A stretch of 63,702 nt of DNA, the filler included, from Octopus bimaculoides (taxonomy: Eukaryota): the NCBI RefSeq assembly GCF_001194135.2. It is 4 parts of 4 records of this genome, joined end to end, with 100 filler letters (N's around TTAATTAATTAA, not from the genome) between each part and the next. Parts side by side here need not be neighbours in the genome. Positions count along the whole stretch, not along the records: positions 1 to 24,296 come from NC_069004.1; 3 more parts are not named here. The stretch is one strand, 5' to 3'. The position numbers and the translations under genes were made by a program. The notes beneath the pieces are model-generated. The model worked only from the letters and a program-made list of their open reading frames with translations. It had not been told where the DNA came from and ran no database searches. Position 1 is the first letter of the stretch. Each line of letters starts with the position of its first letter. This document shows, in pieces, positions 12,720 to 23,054 of the stretch.

Positions 12720-12897
12720 TCTTTTCTACTACAGGCATAAGGCCTGAAATTTTTAGGGAGGGGTTAAGTTGATTACATCGATCCTGAAAGGATGGAAGGC
12801 AAAGTTGGCCTCAGTGGAATTTGAACTCAGAATATAAGGATAGATGAAGGCATTTTGCCTGGCATGCTAATGATTCTGCCAGCTAGCTGCATTACCT
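12720..12897 (-). mobile_element. tRNA-derived SINE family B
   Basis: Matches the SINE-B core ggatgaaaggcaaagtcgacctcggcggaatttgaactcag best preserved at 28865-28980; CpG-decayed here. Confidence 0.8.
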
Positions 12898-12914
12898 TAA
12901 TGAATAATTATAAT

Positions 12915-13075
12915 AATTCTTTCTACTGTAGGCATAATGCCTGAAATTTTAAGAAAGGGAAGTAGATGATTGCATCAACCCCAGTGCTCAACTGGTACTT
13001 ATTTTATTGACCCCGAAAGGATGAAAGGCAAAGATGACCTTATTGGAATCTGAACACAGAACATAAAGGTAAAAT
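12915..13075 (-). mobile_element. SINE-B, 5'-truncated
   Basis: gaccccgaaaggatgaaaggcaaag core; (aat)n-like tail on the left. Confidence 0.8.
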
Positions 13076-13097
13076 TTTGCTAATATTTTGTCCAATA

Positions 13098-13315
13098 TAA
13101 GGCAGCAAGCTGACAAAATTGTTAGCATACTGGGTGAAATGCTTAGTGACGTTTTGCCTGTCTTCACGCTCTGAGTTCAAATTTCACCAAGGTTGACTTA
13201 GCCTTTCATCCTTTTGGGGATCAATAAAATAAGTACCAATTAAGTATTGGGGTCAATGTAATTGACTTACACTTTCCCTGGAAATAGCTGGCCTTGTGCC
13301 AAAATCTGAAACCAA
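13098..13315 (+). mobile_element. SINE-B, full length, inverted relative to its neighbours
   Basis: Head aaggcagcaagctgacaaaattgttagc; B-box-like gagttcaaatt; tail ccttgtgccaaaatctgaaacc. Confidence 0.85.
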
Positions 13316-13360
13316 TATTTTGACCAGCATACTAATGATACATCCAGCTCACCACCTTAA

Positions 13361-13404
<44 letters not shown>

Positions 13405-13407
<3 letters not shown>

Positions 13408-13600
13408 CCTATCTACTAAAGGCACAAGGCCAGAAATTTTGGGTGAGAGGGAGAGTCAATTACATCGACTCCAGTGTTTGGCACCTAAAGGATGAAAGGC
13501 AAAATTAACCTCAGCAGAATTTGAACTCAGAATATAAAGATGGGTAAAATGCTGCAATGCATTTTGTTTAGCATGCTAATAATTCTGCTAGTTTGCCTTA
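13405..13600 (-). mobile_element. SINE-B
   Basis: Same core; preceded by (aat)n at 13360-13405. Confidence 0.8.
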
Positions 13601-14462
13601 ATAACAACAACAACAATCTTTTCTTTTATTGGTCACAAGGGCTAAACACAAAACATAAAAAAGAAGTGGGGCTTAGCACAAAAACACATGTATACAATGA
13701 AAACATTAACGATTAATAACAAAATTTAAACAATAAAATTCTCCAAAAAGGAGTGTTCCACTCAGGGCCAACCAAGGACCCCCTCACACATGCTGGTTAC
13801 CCCATTTGCCTAGGGCACCCCAGACAAGCACCTCTCTTTTCTTCATCTGCTCTGGCCAACAGGCATATGTTCAGTGTAGGCCCATCCACAAGGGCTATCC
13901 TTGCCACATTTACCCACCCTTCAACAAAAATACTGGGGGACAGCACTTCCCTCGCCACCCATACTTTCCTTTTCAAGTGTAACTTGAAAAACTTGATGAG
14001 GGCTTGGCTGAAAAGGAAAGCATCTATCTTCAGTCCTTTCAACCTCATCTACCACACTACCTTTTTTGCCATAGCCAACAAACAAAAGAAAACTGCCTGT
14101 CCTTCCTGGCCAAAGAAGGCAACAAGGCAATCCTTATGATGAATCTGATTGCTAACCAGATCTGTCCTACATGCAACAACAGCTGTTCGACAAAGTTTCA
14201 CAGATCAGCAATGTTCAGATACTGGACGAGTGCATGCAGAATGGTTTCATTGCCCTGTGTGTATCTTAGACAGGTCTGTCTGACAGCACTTCCATGCCTA
14301 TAGAACTTGCCTGAACTGACAGAGGCCTCTGCTAGTACCGCCAGGCCGATTTCTGGAAATTATCCATAGACCCCAGCCTGAAAATCCTCTAGAAGAGACC
14401 AGCTAATTGATCTTCCATGACACCCAGAGTTTCCCTGAGGATGTCATCATCTGGTTTATTGT

Positions 14463-14510
14463 TAACACAATGTTTTGGCTGATATACTCTCCAGCTTTCA
14501 TCAAGTGTCT
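14463..14510 (-). ncRNA. Degenerate minimal type-I hammerhead motif, family 1
   Basis: gacac-TTGATGA-a-agctg..cagcc-AAAAC-att-gtgtt; core positions C3 and G12 are mutated. Confidence 0.5.
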
Positions 14511-14580
14511 TGGGGAAATTTCAAACCTGGGTTCTCATTCCTAAGGTATTTTTCAATGTTGTTGTTGTTATTATTATTAT

Positions 14581-14662
14581 TCAGATCACTGTCTGGAATC
14601 GAACTCGGAATCTTGAGATTAGTAGCTCATGTTCTTAACCACTATGCCATATGCCTGTGGGC
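14581..14662 (-). ncRNA. tRNA-like (Ser-like) segment with Pol III A/B boxes inside the PLE pLTR
   Basis: ATGGCATAGTGGTTAAG (A box/D arm), an anticodon-like loop CTACTAA, and GAGTTCGATTCC (B box/T arm). The second copy at ~14920-14975 lacks the anticodon arm. It is not a functional tRNA. Confidence 0.65.
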
Positions 14663-14679
14663 AATTACGGAGTGAATAA

Positions 14680-14895
14680 TCGGGTATAGCTAATCATGCA
14701 TGGAAAAATGGAGACCACCTTCCCCTGTGGGATGAAGTTAAAATAATAGACAGAGAACACCACTGGAAAATACAAAAACTAAAAGAAGCAGCACATATGT
14801 TAGGACACAACAACTTCCTAAGCAGACTGAGTGCAGATATGAATAGCATATGGGAACTGGTATTAAAGAAGGATAGGAGAATATTAGATTTATAA
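14680..14895 (+). pseudogene. PLE GIY-YIG endonuclease C-terminal fragment (71 aa, open to the stop codon)
   Basis: Uninterrupted frame from tcg (14680) to taa (14893-95). It has no upstream start codon, so it is absent from the supplied ORF track. Confidence 0.75.
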
Positions 14896-15092
14896 GCCCT
14901 AGAACTCACTCCATAACTGCCCACGGGAATATGGCATAGTGGTTAAGGTTTCGAGTTTGATTCCAGGCAGTGACCTCAACAACAACAACAACAGCAGCAG
15001 CAGCAGCAACAACAACAACAGCAACAGCAGCAACAACAACAACATTGAAAAATACCATAGGAATGAGAACCCAGGTTCGAAATTTCCCCCAA

Positions 15093-15130
15093 GATACCTG
15101 ATGAAGGCTGGAGGGTATATCAGCCAAAAC
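15093..15130 (+). ncRNA. Degenerate/truncated hammerhead motif, family 1
   Basis: CTGATGA-a-ggctg-gagggtatat-cagcc-AAAAC, followed by a deletion relative to the 63423-63468 copy. Confidence 0.5.
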
Positions 15131-15405
15131 AAATATCCGTCAATTGTAAATAATTTAACTAATGTACATAGTTCCTCATCTCTTAAATATAGAACTGTAG
15201 TCATCATTCTTGCCTGCCACTGATCCCCTATAGAACTCCAATGTGGAACCACATTGCCCAACTGGTAGAGAGCTGTGAATGCTTGCTAACACTCCAGGTG
15301 CCAAGTTTCAGCATATGTCTGCGCATCATTAGCCATAGCATATATATATTTCTTAGCATATATATATTTCTCTCCATGTTTTTCTCCTTCTTTCTTTCTG
15401 TGTTC

Positions 15406-15441
15406 CTTTCTGTGGAAGAGCATAGGCTCGAAACGTTAAAG
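15406..15441 (+). ncRNA. Minimal hammerhead-like motif, family 2, with a core variant
   Basis: cttt-CTGTGGA-a-gagc-atag-gctc-GAAAC-GTT-aaag. Stems I and II pair and stem III is the palindrome ACGT, but conserved A6 is U. Confidence 0.5.
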
Positions 15442-15528
15442 ACTTTTTCACTTCCCAGTGTTATACTAATACATCTGTTAGTTTTCTACACCACCTGTCT
15501 TTGTCTTTTGTTTTTTTTTGTAAATTCT

Positions 15529-15566
<38 letters not shown>

Positions 15567-15589
15567 AAGATTAAGCATAACTTCATTGC

Positions 15590-16012
15590 TAGAAACACTA
15601 AACTCTCCACCTGCCATCATCTCATAAAAATACATAAACCAGGACCAAATTGAAAAATTAAACTGGTCTCCAGTATTAAGGGATCCTTTGATAAAATCTT
15701 ATAGCTCCTATCAAGAATTCTTAAACCACTACTTCAAACTTTCCCAAGACATGTTGAAAGCTCCACAAGTCATTAACAGACTGAAAGACCTCAACCTTTC
15801 CCCTCTTAGAAAAAATAACTACTCTTTTAGTTTAAATATTGTTTCCCTATACACCTTTAACCCCATCCCTCTAGTTATCAGTATAATCTTCTCTCACAAC
15901 CGTAACTACTTTGGACTTACAACTCAGATATTCTCAAACTGTTGACTATTATAATGAACAGCACCATCTTCCAGTTCTAAGACTCCACTTACAAACAAAT
16001 CTCTGGACTGTG
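15590..16012 (+). mobile_element. Degraded Penelope-like reverse transcriptase fragment
   Basis: LIKIHKPG..LVSSIKG..LLSRILKPLL..SLNIVSLYT..DILKLLTIIMNSTIFQF.DSTYKQISG matches PLE RT motifs (PKIHKP, SLD..SLYT, YKQ..G). Stops and frameshifts present. Confidence 0.85.
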
Positions 16013-16185
16013 GCTTAGTTATTATAGCAGTGCTATCCTGTGCATGCAAAGCAACCATTTGCACACTACAGAGTAGAAAAGTTAGCTCGTACTGAGTTAT
16101 GAGAGGTTGAGAAACACTGATGTAGAAGGGTTCCTCAATGTATCGTCTGTTCTAAGGTGAAAGATAAATGTAAACAAACACCAAC

Positions 16186-16306
16186 CTGTCTTTGCATGAC
16201 TTGCAGATTGGCTTCTGCTTTTTCTATGAGTTTTTCTACTTTTGAAGTCTCCATTTCTGATATATTTTCTCGGAAAGCATCTTTAGTTCTACGTAATGCA
16301 TACATT
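16186..16306 (-). CDS. LYRM4: LYRM4/ISD11 internal exon: (R)MYALRRTKDAFRENISEMETSKVEKLIEKAEANLQVMQRQ
   Basis: Acceptor tttcttttttttcttgttttcacag| and donor CAG|gttggt; 121 nt, phase 2 to phase 0. The peptide matches the LYRM4 segment YA.RR..DAFREN....A...L.V..RQ. Confidence 0.93.
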
Positions 16307-16494
16307 CTGTGAAAACAAGAAAAAAAGAAAAGACAGTCACAAATTATACTTTTAATTCATCATCTTTTTTTACAACTATGTCATATTCATTCAAGCATAA
16401 ACACAAAGCTAACACCTGCTACAATTTCTGACATTTAAATATTCAGATGAACAAGCACTACACAATGTAAGCAATAAGATTGCAGTGAGGGGAA

Positions 16495-16695
16495 CCTATT
16501 TGTTGTTGAACTGAAGACAGCATTAACTGAACAGATCTATATCCAAAAGCATTCCATAAATGAATGGCCATTCCATCTCCTTCCTGAGTCACAATATGCC
16601 TAATACCACGTTATTCAATTTGTCCTTCCTTTCTAATTCAGTAAGTGGTGATTTGATTGTTATTTTTAGCAGGTTAAGGGACCACAACAAAACTC
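16495..16695. repeat. Interspersed ~200-bp repeat (further copies at ~25745-25950 and ~25990-26170)
   Basis: All three start at (gtt)n and share atttagctgctatttct..caggt-like right ends. Class not determined. Confidence 0.4.
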
Positions 16696-17164
16696 TCTTA
16701 TTGGCACAAATAACCTAGTTTTTGTTATTTGCATCTCTCAATACTCAACTGGTTGATCTTATAATGTGGCTTGGGGGGGGGGGAGTACATTGGCTAAACA
16801 AAAAGTTTATTTCACAGATCCAGTTTCACCATATAACTACCTAGCTGATGACCATGATGTACATTCTACCATGGAACAGTTAATTGTATAGGGCACAGTG
16901 TACCAGACAGAACATGTTACACTCTTTCTACTGTCCATTCTATTTCTGTATTACCTATTGTTGATGTTCTTTACTCCAGCTTAGCTCTTCAAAAGCATTC
17001 TACCACTGACCGAGCTGCCTTTTTAGATGCATCTTACAACTGCAGTATCTAATGTGTCTTTCCAAAGTTAAAATGATGGGGTTTCACCTGAAGGAAATCT
17101 GACTGCTACTTCTGTTGAGTAGTCAGTTTTGTTTTTCTAATACCATTTGAATTGACATGAAAAA

Positions 17165-17420
17165 TATTTTTATCATAGTATTTTATAGCATTATTCTTCC
17201 TATACAACTTATGTTTTATCATTTTTGAAATTTGCATAAATTTTATCTTCTTTCAGATGATGGAATGTCAAATGAGCATTTTTAACAACTACTTCTCTTT
17301 GCTTTCAATCAAGGTTCCAAAGCTGCCAAAACCACTTCAGATATTTGTGTTGTGTATGGAGAAGGCGTTATTATGGAAGAAATGGTTTTCACACTTCCAG
17401 AATGGAAAAGTTGACCTCAC
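17165..17420 (+). mobile_element. Mariner transposase 5' fragment
   Basis: Decayed MECQ..FAFNQGSKAAKTTSDICVVYGEG..KWFSHFQNGKVDLTDTP (mariner HTH). Possible right TIR end caacctaa|ta at 17618-17627. Confidence 0.7.
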
Positions 17421-17914
17421 AGACACTCCACATTGATTCTAAACATTGCTGAAAACCCTAGTTCACAAATATAAGTAGATAGGAATAGCAAAAGGGGCTC
17501 CACACATTTTCTAGACATGGGTTATGTTTAGTTGTTTGAGGTTACTGCAAAATTTCCAGTGTTTTTACAAACCTAATATTTTCTCTTGTTTGAGAAGCCC
17601 TGTTTTATGTGGTCAATCAACCTAATACCAAAACATGTCTCCCATACTTGCCTAATTAATGAAAACAATAAAAAAAAACTAGAAATGGAGAAAATGAAAG
17701 TACTATTGTCAGCTATGAAAAATTATCAAAACAACAATTATTTATAAAACATAAATATATATTTATTCAGTTGAACATTGTTGGGGTTCTCAATTTGTTG
17801 GTCAATATTCAATAATTCATGCAATGTGGCATTTACATTGTGGAAGAGCCATTCTAGTCATTTAACACACACAAAGTTATCAGATTAACTATAAATTTAT
17901 CTAATGACTATAAG

Positions 17915-18100
17915 ATGAGGAAAAATGATGACCTTGTGAAAGAGCTGACAAAGGAAGGGAAGGCAGCAGAAGTTGGCACACCATGTCAGCTTGGAATCAA
18001 AGGTCACAAAAGGACATTAGAGATGTAACATCTGTCAGAGACAGCTGAGAAGAGCTCAATGTAGCTATGGCTAAAGAGAAATGATAGTGGGAGCTGAAAA
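17915..18100 (+). mobile_element. Possible restriction-like-endonuclease LINE (HERO-like) C-terminal remnant
   Basis: DDLVKELTKEG..EVG..LGIKG...SETAEKSS..LWLKR resembles the AE..S.WLW.KR end of such elements. Short and decayed. Confidence 0.35.
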
Positions 18101-18789
18101 AGAATACTGCAAGCTGCTAAACAGAGAATAGTAGGAGGAAAACTCAGATTGAAATAAATCCACAGAGCAAGTTCTTTCCGTTGTCTTTGTGGCCAAGTGA
18201 TATACACCAAAATTCAGGGAAATAAGATCACCTGGATGTTCTGGGCTTTATCCCACTAAAGCTAGCATTTTGAAAACAACAGGAGGACCTCTAGGAGTCA
18301 AGACCTGGGTGGGCCTGGCTCCCTAATAGTGTCAGGAACTAATGCACAGAATCATTTGCTTGACAGGGTCCTTCCTTTGAAAATTTCTCTTGCTGTCTGC
18401 TTGTCTTGGAGTAGGTTTCCACTTACATGAGGTGGTCAAGTCATTTACTAGACAAGTATAATTCCAGTGGAATGTGTGACTTCTCTAAAATATTGGTACC
18501 AATGCCTATTCTTAATAATATCTAAAAGAACATATGCAATATTAGCTAAAATCTTAAAAGCTCATGAACAATATTTCTTTTAGTGTTTAGATTTGCACCA
18601 ATGACTGAAACAGGCAAAAATTTCAAATGAATTTGTTGTTGAATTACCTGGAAAACAATTCACAGATTTATTTGAATTTGTTTTGACAACTGACCTGAAA
18701 ACCAAGTTTCATTTTCATTTTAATTTTGATTGTTTCCAATTTAGCCATTTCTGATTTTGAGTTGGTTAAAGATAGGATACTAATATTAC

Positions 18790-18958
18790 AGTGAGCTAGC
18801 AGACGCGTTACTTAGTAACATTTCATCCATCTTTATGTTCTGAGTTCAAATTATGCCCAAGATCCACTTTGCCTTTCATCCTTTCAAGGTAAAATAAAAT
18901 AAGTACCAGTTGAACACTGGGATTAACCTAACCCTCCTCCTCCCAAAATTTGAAACCA
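18790..18958 (+). mobile_element. SINE-B
   Basis: gttctgagttcaaatt..ctttgcctttcatcctttc..aataagtaccagttgaacactggg..aaaatttgaaacc. Confidence 0.75.
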
Positions 18959-20635
18959 ATACTATGACAGTGCAAAATATGTTAATAATAACTATGTATA
19001 TATTTCAGGTTGATATGAGGAGTGATATTTACGATGGTCGGGTGCTATCTGAAGGAGATTTCATTGCTATTTCCAGATCAAACTATCACACATCGACTTC
19101 AACATGTACTTGAATTGGAAAAAGATATTGTGGTTTTGGTTAAATGGTTATCAATATATTGGAATGATGTCAGGCTGCAAGATGTCATGTAATAAAACAA
19201 ACTCTAATGTTGTTTAACTGACATTTATTTTTACAGAATATTGCAATATTTACATAATTACAAAGCTGCTTGCCATGGGTGTAGTGTGGTGAGCTAGAAG
19301 CAAATGCAGTTCATAGTTACATTAATAACAGAAAAGAATGGCTTTGTGTGCGAGGTGGGAAAATACTTTTCTTCATAGTTGGCAATTCCTTTAATCCAGG
19401 GTTGAGCTGCAACCAAGGAAACTTGTCTGTTTAAAGGGCTTGTTGTCTGTGTTACTCTTTGTTTCTCACCACATTGTTGTATACAGGGCACATCACCTGA
19501 TCTAAGTGTGGTCTGATCCTAATTACTGAAGCTGTAAGGTTTCGATTCTAAGCATTCCTACAGAATAATGTCCTGCACTGTAGTAAAAATGATGGCCATG
19601 CATGCATATATATATATAATATAAATTGGACATGGGTGATAGTTGTATTCTTTCTTGCCTTGAGGTTCACAGCCAAACGGCTGAGTGGATTCGTGTGAAA
19701 AATGGCACACATGTGGAGACGGGTGCATAGATTGGAATGCAGTTTGTATTTTTTCCCATAGTTATTGAGAAAATCGATTAAAACTTTTCTAATGGAATTC
19801 CCCCAACATTAAAACAACCAGTTACTCACACAGGCGGCATATACCATTTCGCTAGCAACAAGGGGAGTACAGGATGATAGTCAGCCAAAGCCATTCATAC
19901 ATACATAACCTCTCTCTCCTTTTCTCTGTCAGTCACTCACACATTCACTCATTACAAAAAGTGAATAACAAAATTTCAGTTAACTCTCTCTTGGCCATAC
20001 ATAGATACATACATACATAACAACCTGCATGCATGTGTGTGTGTGTGTGTGTGTGTCACTGAGCCAATCATACATACATACATAACCTCTCTCTCTCCCT
20101 CGCTTTTTCTCTCTCAATCACTTACTACAAAAAGTGAATAAAAAATTTCATTTATCTCTCTCTCTCTCTCACATACACACACACACCAGCAACATTACTC
20201 TCTCTGTCTCTTCACACACACTAAAAAAAGCAATTCACATACACACCACACTTTCTGTCTCACACACCCCATCAAACACAAACACACATACACTCTCACA
20301 CACACATGCACGCACATCAAGTCTTCCGCTTCACGCCAACTTCAAAAGAACTTCACTCATACAATCGCGCTCTCTGTCTCTTTCACTTTCACGCCGACTT
20401 CAAAAGATCCCATTTCCACCCAACTCCATATTAAAAATAAAAAATATTTTTACGGAAACCGATGATCATCTTCAAAAATGTAAATAAGCACATGGTTTAT
20501 AAATGGTTTTTCATACAGCTGGAAGCTCCAATTGAAACGGGGGACCCGAAATGATAAGGGTGAGAAACGCTGTTATAGATTATGCCTAACCAAAAACAAT
20601 CATAGCCACATCATCCAAACTGGGCTTAGCTGTAA

Positions 20636-20682
<47 letters not shown>

Positions 20683-20884
20683 CACATAAGCTTCACACAT
20701 GGAGCAGTTATCTCCCCTGTCAGTATACGAAAATGTGTTTTCTTGCAGCTCTAAGGGTTTAACTATTTCTAGCAATATAGGTGCTACCAGACACCCTCAG
20801 TCACAATTAGTGACAATTGAATTTTTTCTTTTTGATTTTATATCGCATATAGCTGCCTTCATTACTTTATAATTTTCATATTAG

Positions 20885-21638
20885 CATTTTGCTAAACTAG
20901 CCATAAATTTATAGGGTAAATGAGCAGTGACTGAGGACATGCGAAGGCTTGAGAGAAATGAAACTAGTAAGTTCTGCTGGATGTGCAATGTCAGAGTGCA
21001 TATATGACAGAGTGTCAGCACCCTGAGACAAAAGTTGGACATAAGCATTGATGTGGTGTGCAAGAGAGATGACTGCACTGGTATAATCATGTGCTGCGTA
21101 TGGATGAGGACAGTGATAGGAACCTGGGAAAAGGTAGAACTAGGAAAATATGGGATGAGGTGGTGAAGCAGTGCCTGCAAATGATGGGCCTCACAGAGGC
21201 AATGACAAGCGACTGAGACCTTTGGAAATGTGAGATCGTAGCTGTGGCTGATGCCAGTGTCACACAACAAGGCAGTTTAAAGGTACCCTTCAATCGTCGG
21301 GCAATATACTGTGCTTGAGAAGACCTGTTGAGTTAAGCGAAATTGTAGTTGTGGTCAATGCCAGTGCCACCTGACTGGCTCCCATGCCAGTGGCACGTAA
21401 AAAGCAACATTTGACTGTGGTGGATGTCAGTGCCACCTCCTTGGTCACTGTACCGGTGACACGTAAAAAGCACCCACTACACTCTCAGAGTGGTTGGCAT
21501 TAGGAAGGGCATCAAGCTGTAGAAACTCTGCCAAATCAGATTGAAATCTAGTGCAGCCTCCTGGCATGCCAGTCCTGTCAAGCCGTCCAACACATGCCAG
21601 CATGGAAAGTGGATGTTAAACGATGATGATGATGGTCA

Positions 21639-21641
<3 letters not shown>
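20885..21641 (+). mobile_element. 5'-truncated RTE LINE (ORF end, 3'UTR, (GAT)n tail)
   Basis: Homologous to 400-900 (RRLERNE, VLRMDED, RKIWDEVVK); ends ttaaacgatgatgatgat. Confidence 0.88.
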
Positions 21642-21677
<36 letters not shown>

Positions 21678-22536
21678 NNNNNNNNNNNNNNNNNNNNNNN
21701 NNNNNNNNNNNNNNNNNNNNNNNNNNNNNNNNNNNNNNNNNNNNNNNNNNNNNNNNNNNNNNNNNNNNNNNNNNNNNNNNNNNNNNNNNNNNNNNNNNNN
21801 NNNNNNNNNNNNNNNNNNNNNNNNNNNNNNNNNNNNNNNNNNNNNNNNNNNNNNNNNNNNNNNNNNNNNNNNNNNNNNNNNNNNNNNNNNNNNNNNNNNN
21901 NNNNNNNNNNNNNNNNNNNNNNNNNNNNNNNNNNNNNNNNNNNNNNNNNNNNNNNNNNNNNNNNNNNNNNNNNNNNNNNNNNNNNNNNNNNNNNNNNNNN
22001 NNNNNNNNNNNNNNNNNNNNNNNNNNNNNNNNNNNNNNNNNNNNNNNNNNNNNNNNNNNNNNNNNNNNNNNNNNNNNNNNNNNNNNNNNNNNNNNNNNNN
22101 NNNNNNNNNNNNNNNNNNNNNNNNNNNNNNNNNNNNNNNNNNNNNNNNNNNNNNNNNNNNNNNNNNNNNNNNNNNNNNNNNNNNNNNNNNNNNNNNNNNN
22201 NNNNNNNNNNNNNNNNNNNNNNNNNNNNNNNNNNNNNNNNNNNNNNNNNNNNNNNNNNNNNNNNNNNNNNNNNNNNNNNNNNNNNNNNNNNNNNNNNNNN
22301 NNNNNNNNNNNNNNNNNNNNNNNNNNNNNNNNNNNNNNNNNNNNNNNNNNNNNNNNNNNNNNNNNNNNNNNNNNNNNNNNNNNNNNNNNNNNNNNNNNNN
22401 NNNNNNNNNNNNNNNNNNNNNNNNNNNNNNNNNNNNNNNNNNNNNNNNNNNNNNNNNNNNNNNNNNNNNNNNNNNNNNNNNNNNNNNNNNNNNNNNNNNN
22501 NNNNNNNNNNNNNNNNNNNNNNNNNNNNNNNNNNNN

Positions 22537-22574
<38 letters not shown>

Positions 22575-22829
22575 ATACACACAAACACACACACATTTAT
22601 ATATACGAGTGTAGGGAGAGAAAGAGAGAGTTCAGGTAATAATGTGTCGAATAACATATTGTTGTAGGCATGTGCAGTTAGTGCTCAAGTTGACTTGTCT
22701 CCTCTTCCTTTTCGTCTTACGATCTACGCTATTGCTATTATGTTTAAATATATAAATGCCATAATCTAAACTGATAGCAATTGTTTGTCTGTTCATACTT
22801 TTATTCTACAGTACACACACATATATATA

Positions 22830-23015
22830 AATAATATATGAGTATATGCATATATATGTACATGTATGTACATACCTTCATTGACATGCATATATAGATG
22901 CATATCTGGGTACATGACGTTGCAAAAAAGAACATTTCCTTCATCAGCTGCCACCATTATAACACTGGTGTTTCGAAGAGATAGGCATATATATATATAT
23001 ATATAGATAGTTATA

Positions 23016-23054
<39 letters not shown>

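Larger units (their letters stand above)
14451..15199 (+). mobile_element. 5'-truncated Penelope-like element: inverted pLTR (14451-14676, -), GIY-YIG C-terminus, pLTR (14896-15199, +)
   Basis: ORF end SGIANHAWKNGDHLPLWDEVKIIDREHHWKIQKLKEAAHM..SIW is typical of a PLE endonuclease tail. The two pLTR copies are reverse complements. 8-bp duplication gtcatcat at 14443-50 and 15200-07. Confidence 0.8.
13617..15340 (-). mobile_element. Tx1/L1-type LINE 3' fragment (13617-14450 and 15200-~15340), interrupted by a PLE
   Basis: Minus-strand translation gives EFYRGSVAGKNDD|ILRETLG across the PLE, then MDNFQKSAW..LYRHGSAVRQTCLR..ETILHALVQ (decayed C-terminal zinc-knuckle region) and LIKFFKLHLKRKV. 3'UTR ends in aataaaagaaaag. 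The clade call rests on motif recognition only. Confidence 0.7.

Noticed and set aside
14581-14662. Functional tRNA gene
   Set aside because: The acceptor stem and anticodon stem pair poorly; the segment is part of a repeated pLTR.
19829-19846. ATGGTATATGCCGCCTGT|gtgagt mini-exon on the minus strand
   Set aside because: Phase 0 does not fit the phase-2 LYRM4 exon, and the peptide is not LYRM4-like.
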